Shown here piece by piece: positions 54,854 to 64,000 of a stretch of 64,000 nucleotides of DNA. The first letter of the stretch is position 1. Each line of letters starts with the position of its first letter. A program made the position numbers and the translations under genes. Origin of the DNA: Candidatus Latescibacterota bacterium (GTDB taxonomy: Bacteria > Latescibacterota > UBA2968 > UBA8231); the NCBI GenBank assembly GCA_965197905.1, contig CBDAOB010000005.1:1376001-1440000 (forward strand), read 5' to 3'. Under the pieces are notes generated by a model that saw only the letters and a list, made by a program, of their open reading frames with translations, was not told the DNA's origin and did no database searches.

Positions 54854-55104
54854 TGGCTAGAGACCGACTCATGAACGCGCGGGATGCCGCTACCTACTTG
54901 AGGTGTTCCGTGTCTACCGTTCGGCGTCTCGTACACGCCGGCGAGCTGCCCCATTACCGGTTGGGAAAGATGGTGCGGTTCCGGCGCAGCGAAATAGATG
55001 GTTGGCTGGCACTGCACCACGAAGGCGATCTCCCCCCCGAGCCCTTGGCTTTTAATCCCAACCAACTTTCCCTGTTCGAAAGCACCGTTGTACTCGGTCG
55101 CTGA
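54853..55104 (+). CDS. HTH_17 (excisionase/MerR-like) DNA-binding protein with C-terminal QLSLF
   Basis: LMNARDAATYLRCSVSTVRRLV...YRLGKMVRFRRSEIDGWL. Confidence 0.88.
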   Translation: MARDRLMNARDAATYLRCSVSTVRRLVHAGELPHYRLGKMVRFRRSEIDGWLALHHEGDLPPEPLAFNPNQLSLFESTVVLGR

Positions 55105-55146
55105 TCGAGCCCCATCTCACCGCAATCTCCCTGCGAGGAGCCTGGC

Positions 55147-56691
55147 ATGAGATTTTTCGTATTCGCGCTGGCGGTTGTGTGGTACTGCGGATGCGGCGAC
55201 AACAAGCGGGACAATCCGGCCGATCCGGAAGCTGGCGGCGATGGTGACGAAGAAGGGATTCAGCTTGTTGCCAATCTGCCCGAGGGAGGGTTTGCGGGTA
55301 ACAGCTCGGGTCTGGAGTCGATACGCTTCGAAGTCAGCGCGCCGGATATAACCCGCCCCGTCGAAGGCGCCATGAACCTCGTCGGCGACGAGGCGCGGGC
55401 GCTGGTACGGGACGTGCCCATCGGAACGGGTCGGGTGTTCCGGGTCGATGCCTTCGATGCGAATTCTATCCGCACCTTCTCGGCCTCGGATACCGTCGAC
55501 GTCACCGAGACGTCGCCGTTGAGCGTTGCCCTCATTCTTGAGCGCGTCGTCGGGGCGCTGGAGCTGACCTCGCAACTGCCGCCGGAGGTGGACACTTTGG
55601 CGGTGGCGATCACGGTGTCTGGAGATACGCTCCGGTTCTCATTTGGGGTTGAGAGCGAGGTCCTACAGGAGCGCATCGAGGACATACCCACCGGAACCGA
55701 CGTCGCCATTGCGATTACGGCGCTGGATCCGGATAAGCAGGTGTTATTTCGCAGGGACCTCACCCGCGACATTCGCGAGGATCTGGTTGCCCACATAACC
55801 CTTTCGGTGACCGCGGGAGCACTGCAGGTGGTGGCCCATTTCCCGGAGTATATCTCCATAGCCGAAATCGACCGCTTCAGCGATTCGGCAGGTACCTTCT
55901 TCCGCCGTGCCAATAATCCCGGACTCCCGGCAGCCAACGAAGCGATCAACATGGACGATGCCCGGTTTTTGTTGGGTGGCATAGGACCCAATGGCGAGCG
56001 CATAGAGTTCTATCATTTCGATGTGCGCACACCCGCACCAGCGCCGATCTACGTGCTGACCGACCGTAGAGGAGATTCGGTCGCCGGACAGTTGCCGATC
56101 TTCGATCTCGTCCCGGGAGACGAGGGACACAATGATTTCTGGCAGATTCACGAAGCCAGGGTCATCGACGCCGACTACAAGCCGAACGCTATCACCTCCC
56201 TGGAAGCGCTCACCGCGGCGGAATTGGAGATTTCCGCCACGAACGATGTACTCAACTGCGTGATGGTGCCGGCCGGCTCCATAGCCGGCAAGCGGTTCGA
56301 TGCCGGCGCGTCGAGGGCTCCAATGGACGGCTGGTACCGAGATCAGGTCGTGAAGTACTTCCTCTTCGAGGGGCTCAGCAGCACCGGTCTCGTGGACTTC
56401 AACGGGGAGGTGTTGAATACGCCGCAGATGTGGGGGTTCTTCGACAACGATCGGGATGTAGATGACGGGTTCGCCAAAGATTCCGCGACCGGGGACACCC
56501 ACAACGTCGCTACGCGGCTTCCCGGTGATGAAGGATATTCTCCGTTGTGGATTCTGCAGATCTTCAAGCTCGACGCCTTTGATCGCGTCACCGGATTGGC
56601 TAGCGCTCTTGATCAATCGCGCAACGAAGAGAATCTGCTGGAACTCACCGGACTCCTCTATATCAACGCGCCGATCGTCGGCAAGGACTAG
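55147..56691 (+). CDS. Hypothetical lipoprotein
   Basis: Lipobox-like YCGC; two beta-rich N-terminal modules; duplicated PGDEG...W motif. Confidence 0.8.
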   Translation: MRFFVFALAVVWYCGCGDNKRDNPADPEAGGDGDEEGIQLVANLPEGGFAGNSSGLESIRFEVSAPDITRPVEGAMNLVGDEARALVRDVPIGTGRVFRVDAFDANSIRTFSASDTVDVTETSPLSVALILERVVGALELTSQLPPEVDTLAVAITVSGDTLRFSFGVESEVLQERIEDIPTGTDVAIAITALDPDKQVLFRRDLTRDIREDLVAHITLSVTAGALQVVAHFPEYISIAEIDRFSDSAGTFFRRANNPGLPAANEAINMDDARFLLGGIGPNGERIEFYHFDVRTPAPAPIYVLTDRRGDSVAGQLPIFDLVPGDEGHNDFWQIHEARVIDADYKPNAITSLEALTAAELEISATNDVLNCVMVPAGSIAGKRFDAGASRAPMDGWYRDQVVKYFLFEGLSSTGLVDFNGEVLNTPQMWGFFDNDRDVDDGFAKDSATGDTHNVATRLPGDEGYSPLWILQIFKLDAFDRVTGLASALDQSRNEENLLELTGLLYINAPIVGKD

Positions 56692-56698
56692 CAGCCCG

Positions 56699-58963
56699 AT
56701 GGCATGTGAGCTGCAGATCAGCCGCGTTGCTGTTGTCGGGGCCGGCGTCATGGGAGCGCAGATCGCCGCTGCCTTCGCCAACGCCGGCCTGGAAGTGGAT
56801 CTGCTGGATCTGGCCGCGGACGACGATCCGGCGGGGCTCGCGAAGCGGGGTCTGGAACGTACCCTGAGTGCCCACCCTCCCGCATTCTATGTCCCCGAAC
56901 TTGCCGATCGTGTCACGCCCTTGGGGCTCGATAACCTGGATTCCCTCAGCACGGCTGATTGGGTGATCGAGGCGATCGTTGAACAGCTCGAACCCAAGCG
57001 CACCCTGCTGGAGCGGATCGAAGCGGCCGTCGCTTCCACGGCGATCATCAGCACAAACACGTCCGGACTGTGCATAAGCGGTCTCGTCGAGGGCCGATCG
57101 CAGGAATTCGCCGCGCGATTCCTTGGCACCCACTTCTTCAATCCACCGCGTCAGATGAGGTTGGTGGAGGTTGTTCCTGGCAGAGGAACGCGGGAGGGTC
57201 TCGCGGACCAAATGGCTGCGTTCTTGACCGATGTCCTCGGCAAGGAGGTAGTTTTCGCCCGCGACACGCCGAACTTCATCGCCAACAGGTTGGGAATCTT
57301 CGTTATCATGGATCTGCTCCACGGGATGGAGGAAGCCAACCTCAGCGTCGAGCAGGTAGATGGCTTGACGGGCCCCGTCCTGGGCCGCCCCAAGAGTGCC
57401 ACCCTGCGTCTATGCGATATCATCGGGCTGGATACCCTGGCCCACGTGGCGCAAACGTCGTACGACAATCTGCCCCACGACACGATGCGAGATCGGTTCG
57501 TTCCTTCCGCTACCCTGCGGAGGATGCTGGAGGCGGGTCTCATAGGTGCCAAAGCGGGCGGCGGTTTCTATCGCAAGGTCGACTCCAAGATCCAGGCGAT
57601 AGATCTGAAGACCCTGGAGTATCGGGATCTCCAAACCCCGGAATTCTCTGGTCTTGATACAGTGCTTCAAATTCGGGATCTGGGAGATCGGTTACGCCTC
57701 CTGTGGGCAGAGGGCGGCAACTTGAGTCGGTTTGCGCGCCAGCATATGACCAGCGTTCTCGAATATGCGGCCGACCACGCTGCGGAGATGGCCGCCGACG
57801 TCTCGGAGATCGATCGCGCCATGAAGTACGGTTTCAATTGGGTGGCCGGACCCTTCGAACTTTGGGACATGATCGGCGAACTCGTTTTGGAGGAGAAGCC
57901 GGTGCCGTTGCTGCTGGAGTCCGCGCAGCGGATGGCCGGCGGAAGCTTTTACGCAGGAGCAGGGGCCGACCAGCAGGCGCTCGAGACCACCGGCGATGCA
58001 CTAGTGCGCATTGCGGCGAAGCCATCGCCGCTTACGGGCGCGCACATAGTGAATGAGAATGACGGCGCCTGTCTTATGGACCTTGGTGATGGGCTGGGTG
58101 TATTGCAATTCCGTGGCAAGATGAATGCCATTGGACCGGAGGGGCTTGCTCTAGCGTTTGAAGCAGCGAACGGGAACGGATTCAAGTCACTGGTCCTATG
58201 CGGTGCCGGAGAATTGTTCTCGGTCGGTGCGAATCTGAAGCTCATCGACAATATGAGTGAAGCCCGCGACTGGAAAGCCCTGGAGCGCTACTTGTGCGAC
58301 TTCCAGAACTCGATTCGCGGACTGCAACGGGCGCCGTTTCCGGTGGTTGCCGCCCCCCGCGGGTTGGCGTTGGGAGGTGGGTGCGAATTCTGCCTTGGAG
58401 CAGACCTGCGCCTGGCCGCCGCCGAGCTTCGTATGGGTTTGGTGGAGACTCGAGTCGGTTTGATACCGGGGGGAGGAGGCTGCATGGAGTTGGTGCGAAG
58501 GTTCGGGGAGGATATAGAAAAAGGATTCAGGATCATCTTTCAGGGTCAGTTTACCGACAACGCCTACGAAGCTCGGCAGCGCGGGCTGCTGGGAGACGAA
58601 GACCGCATAACCTTGCGTGAAGATGGGTTATCCGCCGCGATCGCCTGGGCCCGCGAAAGGGCAACCGAAGAGTACCTCCCGCCGTCTCCGGCGATGCTTC
58701 GCGTGGCTGGTGCGACCGGCATAGATCGGCTCGAGAATTGGCTTGAAGAGCAGAAAGGTGCAGAGCAGATAACGACCTATGACAGAACAGTGGGTCGCAG
58801 CGTCACCAGAGTACTGTGTGGTGGCGAGACCCGCGCCGCCCAGATGGAGGAGCAGGAGCTCCTCGATCTGGAGCGCGAGGAGTTTCTGAAACTGTGCGGC
58901 AACGAGGAAACCCGCCAGCGGATCAAATATATGTTGAAAACCGGCAAACCACTGCGCAACTGA
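56699..58963 (+). CDS. fadN: 3-hydroxyacyl-CoA dehydrogenase/enoyl-CoA hydratase fusion (FadN type)
   Basis: GAGVMG, NTSG, HFFNPP, NFIANR, ALGGGCE, GLVE..VGLIP, MLKTGKPLRN. Confidence 0.9.
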   Translation: MACELQISRVAVVGAGVMGAQIAAAFANAGLEVDLLDLAADDDPAGLAKRGLERTLSAHPPAFYVPELADRVTPLGLDNLDSLSTADWVIEAIVEQLEPKRTLLERIEAAVASTAIISTNTSGLCISGLVEGRSQEFAARFLGTHFFNPPRQMRLVEVVPGRGTREGLADQMAAFLTDVLGKEVVFARDTPNFIANRLGIFVIMDLLHGMEEANLSVEQVDGLTGPVLGRPKSATLRLCDIIGLDTLAHVAQTSYDNLPHDTMRDRFVPSATLRRMLEAGLIGAKAGGGFYRKVDSKIQAIDLKTLEYRDLQTPEFSGLDTVLQIRDLGDRLRLLWAEGGNLSRFARQHMTSVLEYAADHAAEMAADVSEIDRAMKYGFNWVAGPFELWDMIGELVLEEKPVPLLLESAQRMAGGSFYAGAGADQQALETTGDALVRIAAKPSPLTGAHIVNENDGACLMDLGDGLGVLQFRGKMNAIGPEGLALAFEAANGNGFKSLVLCGAGELFSVGANLKLIDNMSEARDWKALERYLCDFQNSIRGLQRAPFPVVAAPRGLALGGGCEFCLGADLRLAAAELRMGLVETRVGLIPGGGGCMELVRRFGEDIEKGFRIIFQGQFTDNAYEARQRGLLGDEDRITLREDGLSAAIAWARERATEEYLPPSPAMLRVAGATGIDRLENWLEEQKGAEQITTYDRTVGRSVTRVLCGGETRAAQMEEQELLDLEREEFLKLCGNEETRQRIKYMLKTGKPLRN

Positions 58964-59006
58964 TTTGCAGGGCTGGCTACTCTGATCTTATCCCCCATGG
59001 CGTGAG

Positions 59007-60221
59007 ATGTCCGAGCTCACCGACGCGCTGAGCGTCATCGGAGCGGCACTGGATGCCGATTCCCTAGGAGATCTGCAGAGCAGGTTACCGGCGGACCTGA
59101 GGCCGGCAGTTGGCACCCACGATCGAGGGGCCACGCCATCCGAAGAAGAGTTGAAGCGCGCCATCGCCGTCGTTGTCGCGGCGGACCCCAAGGCGGCACA
59201 CCTCATTCAACTCCACATGTTTCCCTTCGAAGATCTGGATCTGTTGAAGGATGCCGAGATCCAGACATTGATGATGCACGTGGACAATCCCACGCTCGTG
59301 CAGGCTCTTCTCGGGGCAGATGAAGTGCTCTCGGCACGACTTCTGCAGAATCTATCGGCGCGGCGTCGCGCCATTGTGCAGGACGATTTGGAGCGTGCAG
59401 AGCAGGAATTGGAGCGTGCAGAGCAGGAAGAGGTGGTAATGGCGCAGAGGAGCATACTCGACGAGGTGCGCCGGCAGTACGATGCGGGGCGCATCGACAC
59501 CTATTTCGGGTCGGCGGAGCGCAAGGTGCGGGGTCCGACGACGACAGAAGATGCGAAGGGAGTAAAACCTAAGAAGAAACGCAAGCCGAAAGCGACTCGT
59601 CGAGGTGGGATGAAACTGATATGGCTGGCCGCCGTCATCGCTGTGGCCGGCGTCTTGTGGCTCGTTGTTGGCATGATGGGTTCCTCGTCGGAGCAGGCAT
59701 CAAAAGAGGTACCGGCCGTAAAGGCAAAGAGGTCCGGCGGCATCGTCTCGAAGAAGAAAGCAGATGCCCAACCGAGTCGCACGAGTCGGCGTGGCAAACA
59801 GAGGCGATCGCAGACGCTGGCGCCGGGAGACTCATTGAAGACGGATAGTGCGGCCGCCGTGGTCAGGCTGCCTGGCGCCACGGTACGCACCGATGTCGAA
59901 ACTGAAATTCACCAACGAGATGACCGCGAGGGAAACCCAGGTCCACTCTACCTCCGCCTGGGTTCCGTCCGCGTCGAGGTCCTGCGGGATGACTTCATTC
60001 TGCAAACGCCGGTCGTCGAGATTTCGGGTAGCGTGGGTTCTCGGTTTGCGACCAGAGTTGTTTTAGATGCAACAACCCGAGTCAACGTGGAGCGAGGAAC
60101 CGTGTTGGTAAGATCTTTACTAGAATCGAATCGACATTGGGTGATTAGCGAAGGTAAGCAGGGGCAGTTCGATTCCAGTGGCCGCGTTCAAATCGGCAAC
60201 AACGAGGCAAGGCGGAAATAG
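59007..60221 (+). CDS. FliG C-terminal-like domain + TM + FecR-like domain protein
   Basis: MFPFEDL..L.D.EIQ.LM..VD...L..AL.GA...NLSARR; TM; C-terminal L..GD.L.T, L..GSV, GSRF, V.VERG.V. Confidence 0.7.
   Translation: MSELTDALSVIGAALDADSLGDLQSRLPADLRPAVGTHDRGATPSEEELKRAIAVVVAADPKAAHLIQLHMFPFEDLDLLKDAEIQTLMMHVDNPTLVQALLGADEVLSARLLQNLSARRRAIVQDDLERAEQELERAEQEEVVMAQRSILDEVRRQYDAGRIDTYFGSAERKVRGPTTTEDAKGVKPKKKRKPKATRRGGMKLIWLAAVIAVAGVLWLVVGMMGSSSEQASKEVPAVKAKRSGGIVSKKKADAQPSRTSRRGKQRRSQTLAPGDSLKTDSAAAVVRLPGATVRTDVETEIHQRDDREGNPGPLYLRLGSVRVEVLRDDFILQTPVVEISGSVGSRFATRVVLDATTRVNVERGTVLVRSLLESNRHWVISEGKQGQFDSSGRVQIGNNEARRK
59388..59429 (+). repeat. Exact 21-bp in-frame tandem duplication
   Basis: ttggagcgtgcagagcaggaa x2 (LERAEQE x2). 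Confidence 0.9.
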
Positions 60222-60517
60222 GACATGCCGATTGTCCCTCGGAACACGGAAATGAAAAGCAGACGTGCTTCTTGTTAAAAAGGAGATTTTTCGGGTTGCA
60301 AAACACCTCAAAAAAAACTGAAAAAAATGCCAGAAAAGCGTTGTCAAAAATATGTTGCTACTTATATTTGACTGAATCCCAACGATTTCCCCTCCCTAAG
60401 CAACTCCCTTTGCAGTAGGAAACTCCCTTCACAGTTGCATGAAGTTTCATAGTACGTCAAGATCTCTCCCCGGGGATCTGTGTGCTGTGGAATTCGTAAT
60501 AGGAGGTTAGTGCGTAT

Positions 60518-61363
60518 ATGACCGCGTTGCAAACAGACACGCTGGTCGATCAGTACTTTCACGAAATCGAAAGTTCTGTGGGATTATCCGCGGCAGATGA
60601 GATCAAGGTTGCCAAGAAAATCAAGAAGGGCAGCGAAGAAGCATTGTCAGATCTCGTAAAGGCAAACCTGCGGTTTGTAGTGAGTGTGGCAAAGCAGTAC
60701 CAGAATCTCGGCTTGCCGCTGTCGGATCTCATCAACGAGGGAAACCTCGGTCTCATCATCGCTGCCAAGCGCTTCGACGGTAGCAAAGGTTTCAAGTTCA
60801 TTTCCTACGCGGTGTGGTGGATTCGGCAATCCATCCTGCAGGCTCTTGCCGAGCAGTCGCGAATCGTACGCCTGCCATTGAATCGGATAGGCGAGCTGAC
60901 CCGCGTCAACAAATGCCTCAACAAGCTCGAGCAGCGTTTGGGGCGACCACCCGAAGTAGATGAGATCGCAGACGAGCTCAATACCCAGGTCGAGGACATG
61001 GATCTTCTGTTGCGTCTGGCGCAGCGGCCCGTGTCATTGGAGACCCCCTGCGACGATAGCGAGCCAGATCGGTGTTTCGGGGATCTCATTCCCGACGACA
61101 CCATCGAATCCAGCGACGACGTGCTTTCGGAAGACGAGCTAAAAGACGAAATCACGCGGTCGATGCATGCCCTGACCGATGGCGAAGCCCGAGTCTTGAA
61201 GATGTATTACGGTCTTGCCGGCCACGAACCGATGACGCTGGAAGAAATCGGAGCTTACGTGGGACGCACCCGGGAACGGGTGCGCCAGATCAAGGAAAAA
61301 GCATTACAGAAGCTGCGCCACCCGGCGCGCAGCGACTCGCTCAAGGAGTATTACGGGGAGTAA
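60518..61363 (+). CDS. RNA polymerase sigma-70 factor, RpoD/SigA family (short form, no region 1.1)
   Basis: ANLRFVVSVAK, DLINEGNLGL, FISYAVWWIRQ, TLEEIG, TRERVRQIKEKAL. Confidence 0.95.
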   Translation: MTALQTDTLVDQYFHEIESSVGLSAADEIKVAKKIKKGSEEALSDLVKANLRFVVSVAKQYQNLGLPLSDLINEGNLGLIIAAKRFDGSKGFKFISYAVWWIRQSILQALAEQSRIVRLPLNRIGELTRVNKCLNKLEQRLGRPPEVDEIADELNTQVEDMDLLLRLAQRPVSLETPCDDSEPDRCFGDLIPDDTIESSDDVLSEDELKDEITRSMHALTDGEARVLKMYYGLAGHEPMTLEEIGAYVGRTRERVRQIKEKALQKLRHPARSDSLKEYYGE

Positions 61364-61380
61364 GAGAGCTGGCCGGTTCC

Positions 61381-61409
61381 TTGACAGAAATTGGGCGGCC
61401 GGCTAATTT
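61381..61409 (+). promoter_or_regulatory. Sigma-70 promoter of tRNA-Asn
   Basis: TTGACA-17 nt-TAATTT. Confidence 0.7.
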
Positions 61410-61441
61410 TTTTCGCGTTATTTGACGTGTAATTCGGTTAT

Positions 61442-61517
61442 TCCGGCGTAGCTCAGCTGGCAGAGCGGGTGGCTGTTAACCACTTGGTCGTAGGTTCGAG
61501 TCCTACCGCCGGAGCCA
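61442..61517 (+). tRNA. tRNA-Asn(GTT)
   Basis: TCCGGCG...GGTGG CTGTTAA CCACT...GTAGG TTCGAGT CCTAC CGCCGGA GCCA, 76 nt. Confidence 0.97.
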
Positions 61518-62020
61518 TTTTTTCGAGCCCTAACTACAGCGACTCGATAGTTAACGCGAAGCGCCGGAGGGTGACCCCTTCGGGGTCTCGTCGTACCTGG
61601 CGCTTTTCCAAGGAGTTACGCCCCCTCCTACATGCTCCTCGATTCTCCGGTTCGTAAATTCAACTTGGGGTGCCGCGTGCAACCAGGGGGGTTGCGCACG
61701 CCCACCCCGCGATTTCGTCTGCGGATTCTCCGATTCTCCATTTTTCGTTCCGCGTTGTTTAACAGCCCTTTTCGCCTCGGACCCCCGAGTTTCGACATTT
61801 CCTAACCCGCGCCGGTAGGTATCCATCGGAAGCCGGGCCACGGGGGTCCGGCTGATCACCAGACAGCGGTCGTGGCCGTGAGAACGGAGCCCGTTGTGGG
61901 TGCCGGCGACATCGCCCTGGGGCGGTGTTGAGCGGACTCCAACGGCTCTGACGACCGTTCCGTCCCCCACGGCATCCACGACACCTCCTCTTCCGCGGGC
62001 CCGCCGCGAAGGAGGACCGG

Positions 62021-62224
62021 ATGCCGCCCAGCCCGCCCATCCCTCACATCCTCGATGACGTGGTCGCCGAGATCGCCTCGATCCTGGCGCAAGGCTACCT
62101 GCGGCACCGGAAGAGGCGCCGTATCTCGCCCGAACCAGGGAGTGAGGCCAAGAAAGTCCAATATTCCCAAGTGGTTACGGAGAAACGACTTGATAGTTCG
62201 GGCCGCCGCAGCCTTCATTCATGA
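62021..62224 (+). CDS. Small hypothetical protein upstream of DUF2924
   Basis: AAGGAGG RBS; AEIASILAQGYLR. Confidence 0.55.
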   Translation: MPPSPPIPHILDDVVAEIASILAQGYLRHRKRRRISPEPGSEAKKVQYSQVVTEKRLDSSGRRSLHS

Positions 62225-62301
62225 CACGAGTTAACGCCCCGGAGACGGCGAGGCGGAGGGACCGCCCGCCAGGGGCCGAGTCCATGAAGAGGAGGATCTG
62301 G

Positions 62302-62838
62302 ATGGAAGCAGACACGTATCAACAGATCCAGGAGTTGTCGCGGCTGACCGTCGGCCAACTGCGGGAGAAGTACCTGGACGTCTTCGGCGAGGAGACCCGC
62401 GCCCGCCATAAGGAGTTTCTGCGCAAGCGCATCGCCTGGCGCTTGCAGGCCCGAGCCGAGGGCGACCTCTCGGAGCGCGCCCGCCGCCGCGCCGCGGAGC
62501 TGGCCGACGACGGCGATCTTCGGCTGCGCGCCCCCCGCGATCCGGTTCGGCCTGGCTCGGCGGACGTGCGAGCGCGAACGACGAAAGGTCGCCTCCCGCC
62601 CTCGCGTGATCCGAGACTGCCGCTGCCCGGCACGCTGCTGGCGCGCGAGTTCCGGGGCCGCGACGTCGTGGTCAAGGTCCTCGACGAGGGCTTCGAGTTC
62701 GAGAACCGGCGCTACCGGTCGCTGTCCGCCATCGCCCAGGAAGTCACGGGCAGCAAGTGGAACGGGTTCCTCTTCTTCGGCCTCGGCGACGGTGGCGCAC
62801 CCGCAAACGGGCACACGCGCCAGGGGGTGAGCGAATGA
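62302..62838 (+). CDS. DUF2924 domain protein
   Basis: IAWRLQ, PGTLLAREFRG, YRSLSAIA..VTG..WNG..FFGL. Confidence 0.9.
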   Translation: MEADTYQQIQELSRLTVGQLREKYLDVFGEETRARHKEFLRKRIAWRLQARAEGDLSERARRRAAELADDGDLRLRAPRDPVRPGSADVRARTTKGRLPPSRDPRLPLPGTLLAREFRGRDVVVKVLDEGFEFENRRYRSLSAIAQEVTGSKWNGFLFFGLGDGGAPANGHTRQGVSE

Positions 62839-64000
62839 TGCAAGCCTCATCCTCCGCACCAAACGGAGCTGTCCGCTGCGCCATTTACACCCGCAAGTCC
62901 ACCGACGAGGGACTCGACCAGGACTTCAACAGCCTCGACGCCCAGCGGGAATCGGCCGAGGCCTACATTCTCAGTCAGCGACACGAGGGCTGGACCTGCC
63001 TGCCCGACCGCTACGACGACGGCGGCTTCACCGGCGGCAATATGCGGCGGCCCGCGCTCGAGCGCCTGTGCGCGGACATCGAGGCCGGCCGCATCGACTG
63101 CGTGGTGGTCTACAAGGTGGATCGTCTCAGCCGCTCGCTCTTGGACTTCGCCCGCATCATGGAACTCTTCGACCGGCAAAAGGTGAGCTTCGTCTCGGTC
63201 ACGCAGCAGTTCAACACGACCAGCTCGATGGGCCGGCTCACCCTGAACATCCTGCTCTCCTTCGCCCAGTTCGAGCGGGAGATCATCTCCGAGCGCACCA
63301 AGGACAAGATGGCGGCGGCGCGTCGCAAGGGTAAGTGGGTCGGCGGCCAGCCGGTCCTGGGCTATGACGTGGACCCGAAACGCGCCCGGTTGGCCGTCAA
63401 TCCCGACGAGGCGGCCCAGGTGCGGGAAATCTACAACTTGTATCTCGAACACCAGGCCGCGATCCCGGTCGTCCAGGAGATCACGCGCCGGGGATGGCTC
63501 ACCAAACACTGGATCACCAAGAAGGGCCGCGAAACCGGGGGTAAGCCCTTCACCAAGAACGCGCTGTATACCGGCTCCTGACGAATGTCATCTACGCCGG
63601 AAAGGTGCGCTACGAGGGCACGCTCTACGAGGGCGAACACGACGCCATCGTCGACGCCGACGTGTGGCAACGGGTCCAGGAGACGCTCCGCCGCAACGGC
63701 CTCGCGGGCGGAAGCGGGGTACGCAACAAGTACGGTGCGCTGCTCATGGGCCTGCTGTTTTGCGCGCCCTGCGAGTCCGGCATGGCGCACACCCACACCC
63801 GCAAGGGGAGAAGGCGCTACCGCTACTACGTCTGCCGCAACGCCCAACAGCGGGGCTGGTCGTCTTGCCCGAGCAAAGCACTCAACGCCCACGACATCGA
63901 GAACGCCGTGGTGGAACACATCCGCGGCATCGGGCGCAACGAGGAGGTCGTTGCGGCGACCATCGCCAAGGTGCGCGAGCAGAGCGACCGGCGGATGGCG
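62835..64000 (+). CDS. Large serine recombinase (resolvase + recombinase + Zn ribbon), frameshifted near 63570, runs off the window
   Basis: CAIYTRKS, FNSLDAQ, RPAL, KVDRLSRS, AQFERE; after an extra 'ta' continues LLTNVIYAG...LLFCAPC...YYVC. Confidence 0.9.

Larger units (their letters stand above)
61518..64000 (+). mobile_element. Left end of a putative integrative element downstream of tRNA-Asn
   Basis: Visibly higher GC from ~61800; small ORF, DUF2924 and large serine recombinase; exact boundary not determined. Confidence 0.7.

Noticed and set aside
54853..55104. Prophage boundary at the HTH_17 gene
   Set aside because: Flanked by core genes, with no integrase, att site or compositional shift

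Overview
Bacterial DNA of roughly 60% GC by eye. The gene repertoire (several PhyH-family dioxygenases, an FGE-family lipoprotein, a TonB receptor, a large Ca-motif surface protein, a short SigA-type sigma) suggests Candidatus Latescibacterota or a related FCB lineage; this is inference, not verified. The window has three parts. (1) 1-~20550 is a decayed mosaic island running leftward from the 3' end of tRNA-Thr(CGT). Host-like cargo segments, several cut mid-gene, alternate with short mobile-element snippets: two excisionase-like genes, 3' fragments of tRNA-Tyr and tRNA-Lys each beside 10-11 bp tandem repeats, a duplicated ~110 bp gene tail, and a degenerate IS3 inside pyrE. (2) ~20700-61400 is core-like chromosome with ftsA, ssb, eno, a Wzi-GT2-radical SAM-GT2 cluster, FapA next to a USP-PTS IIA fusion, iscU-sod-peroxiredoxin-kamA, rny, dxr, queD, fadN and a sigma-70. 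(3) tRNA-Asn(GTT) is followed by the start of a DUF2924/large serine recombinase element. Several 1-2 nt frameshifts, one in the core region, may be assembly indels. Family calls are from motif recognition only; no searches were run.
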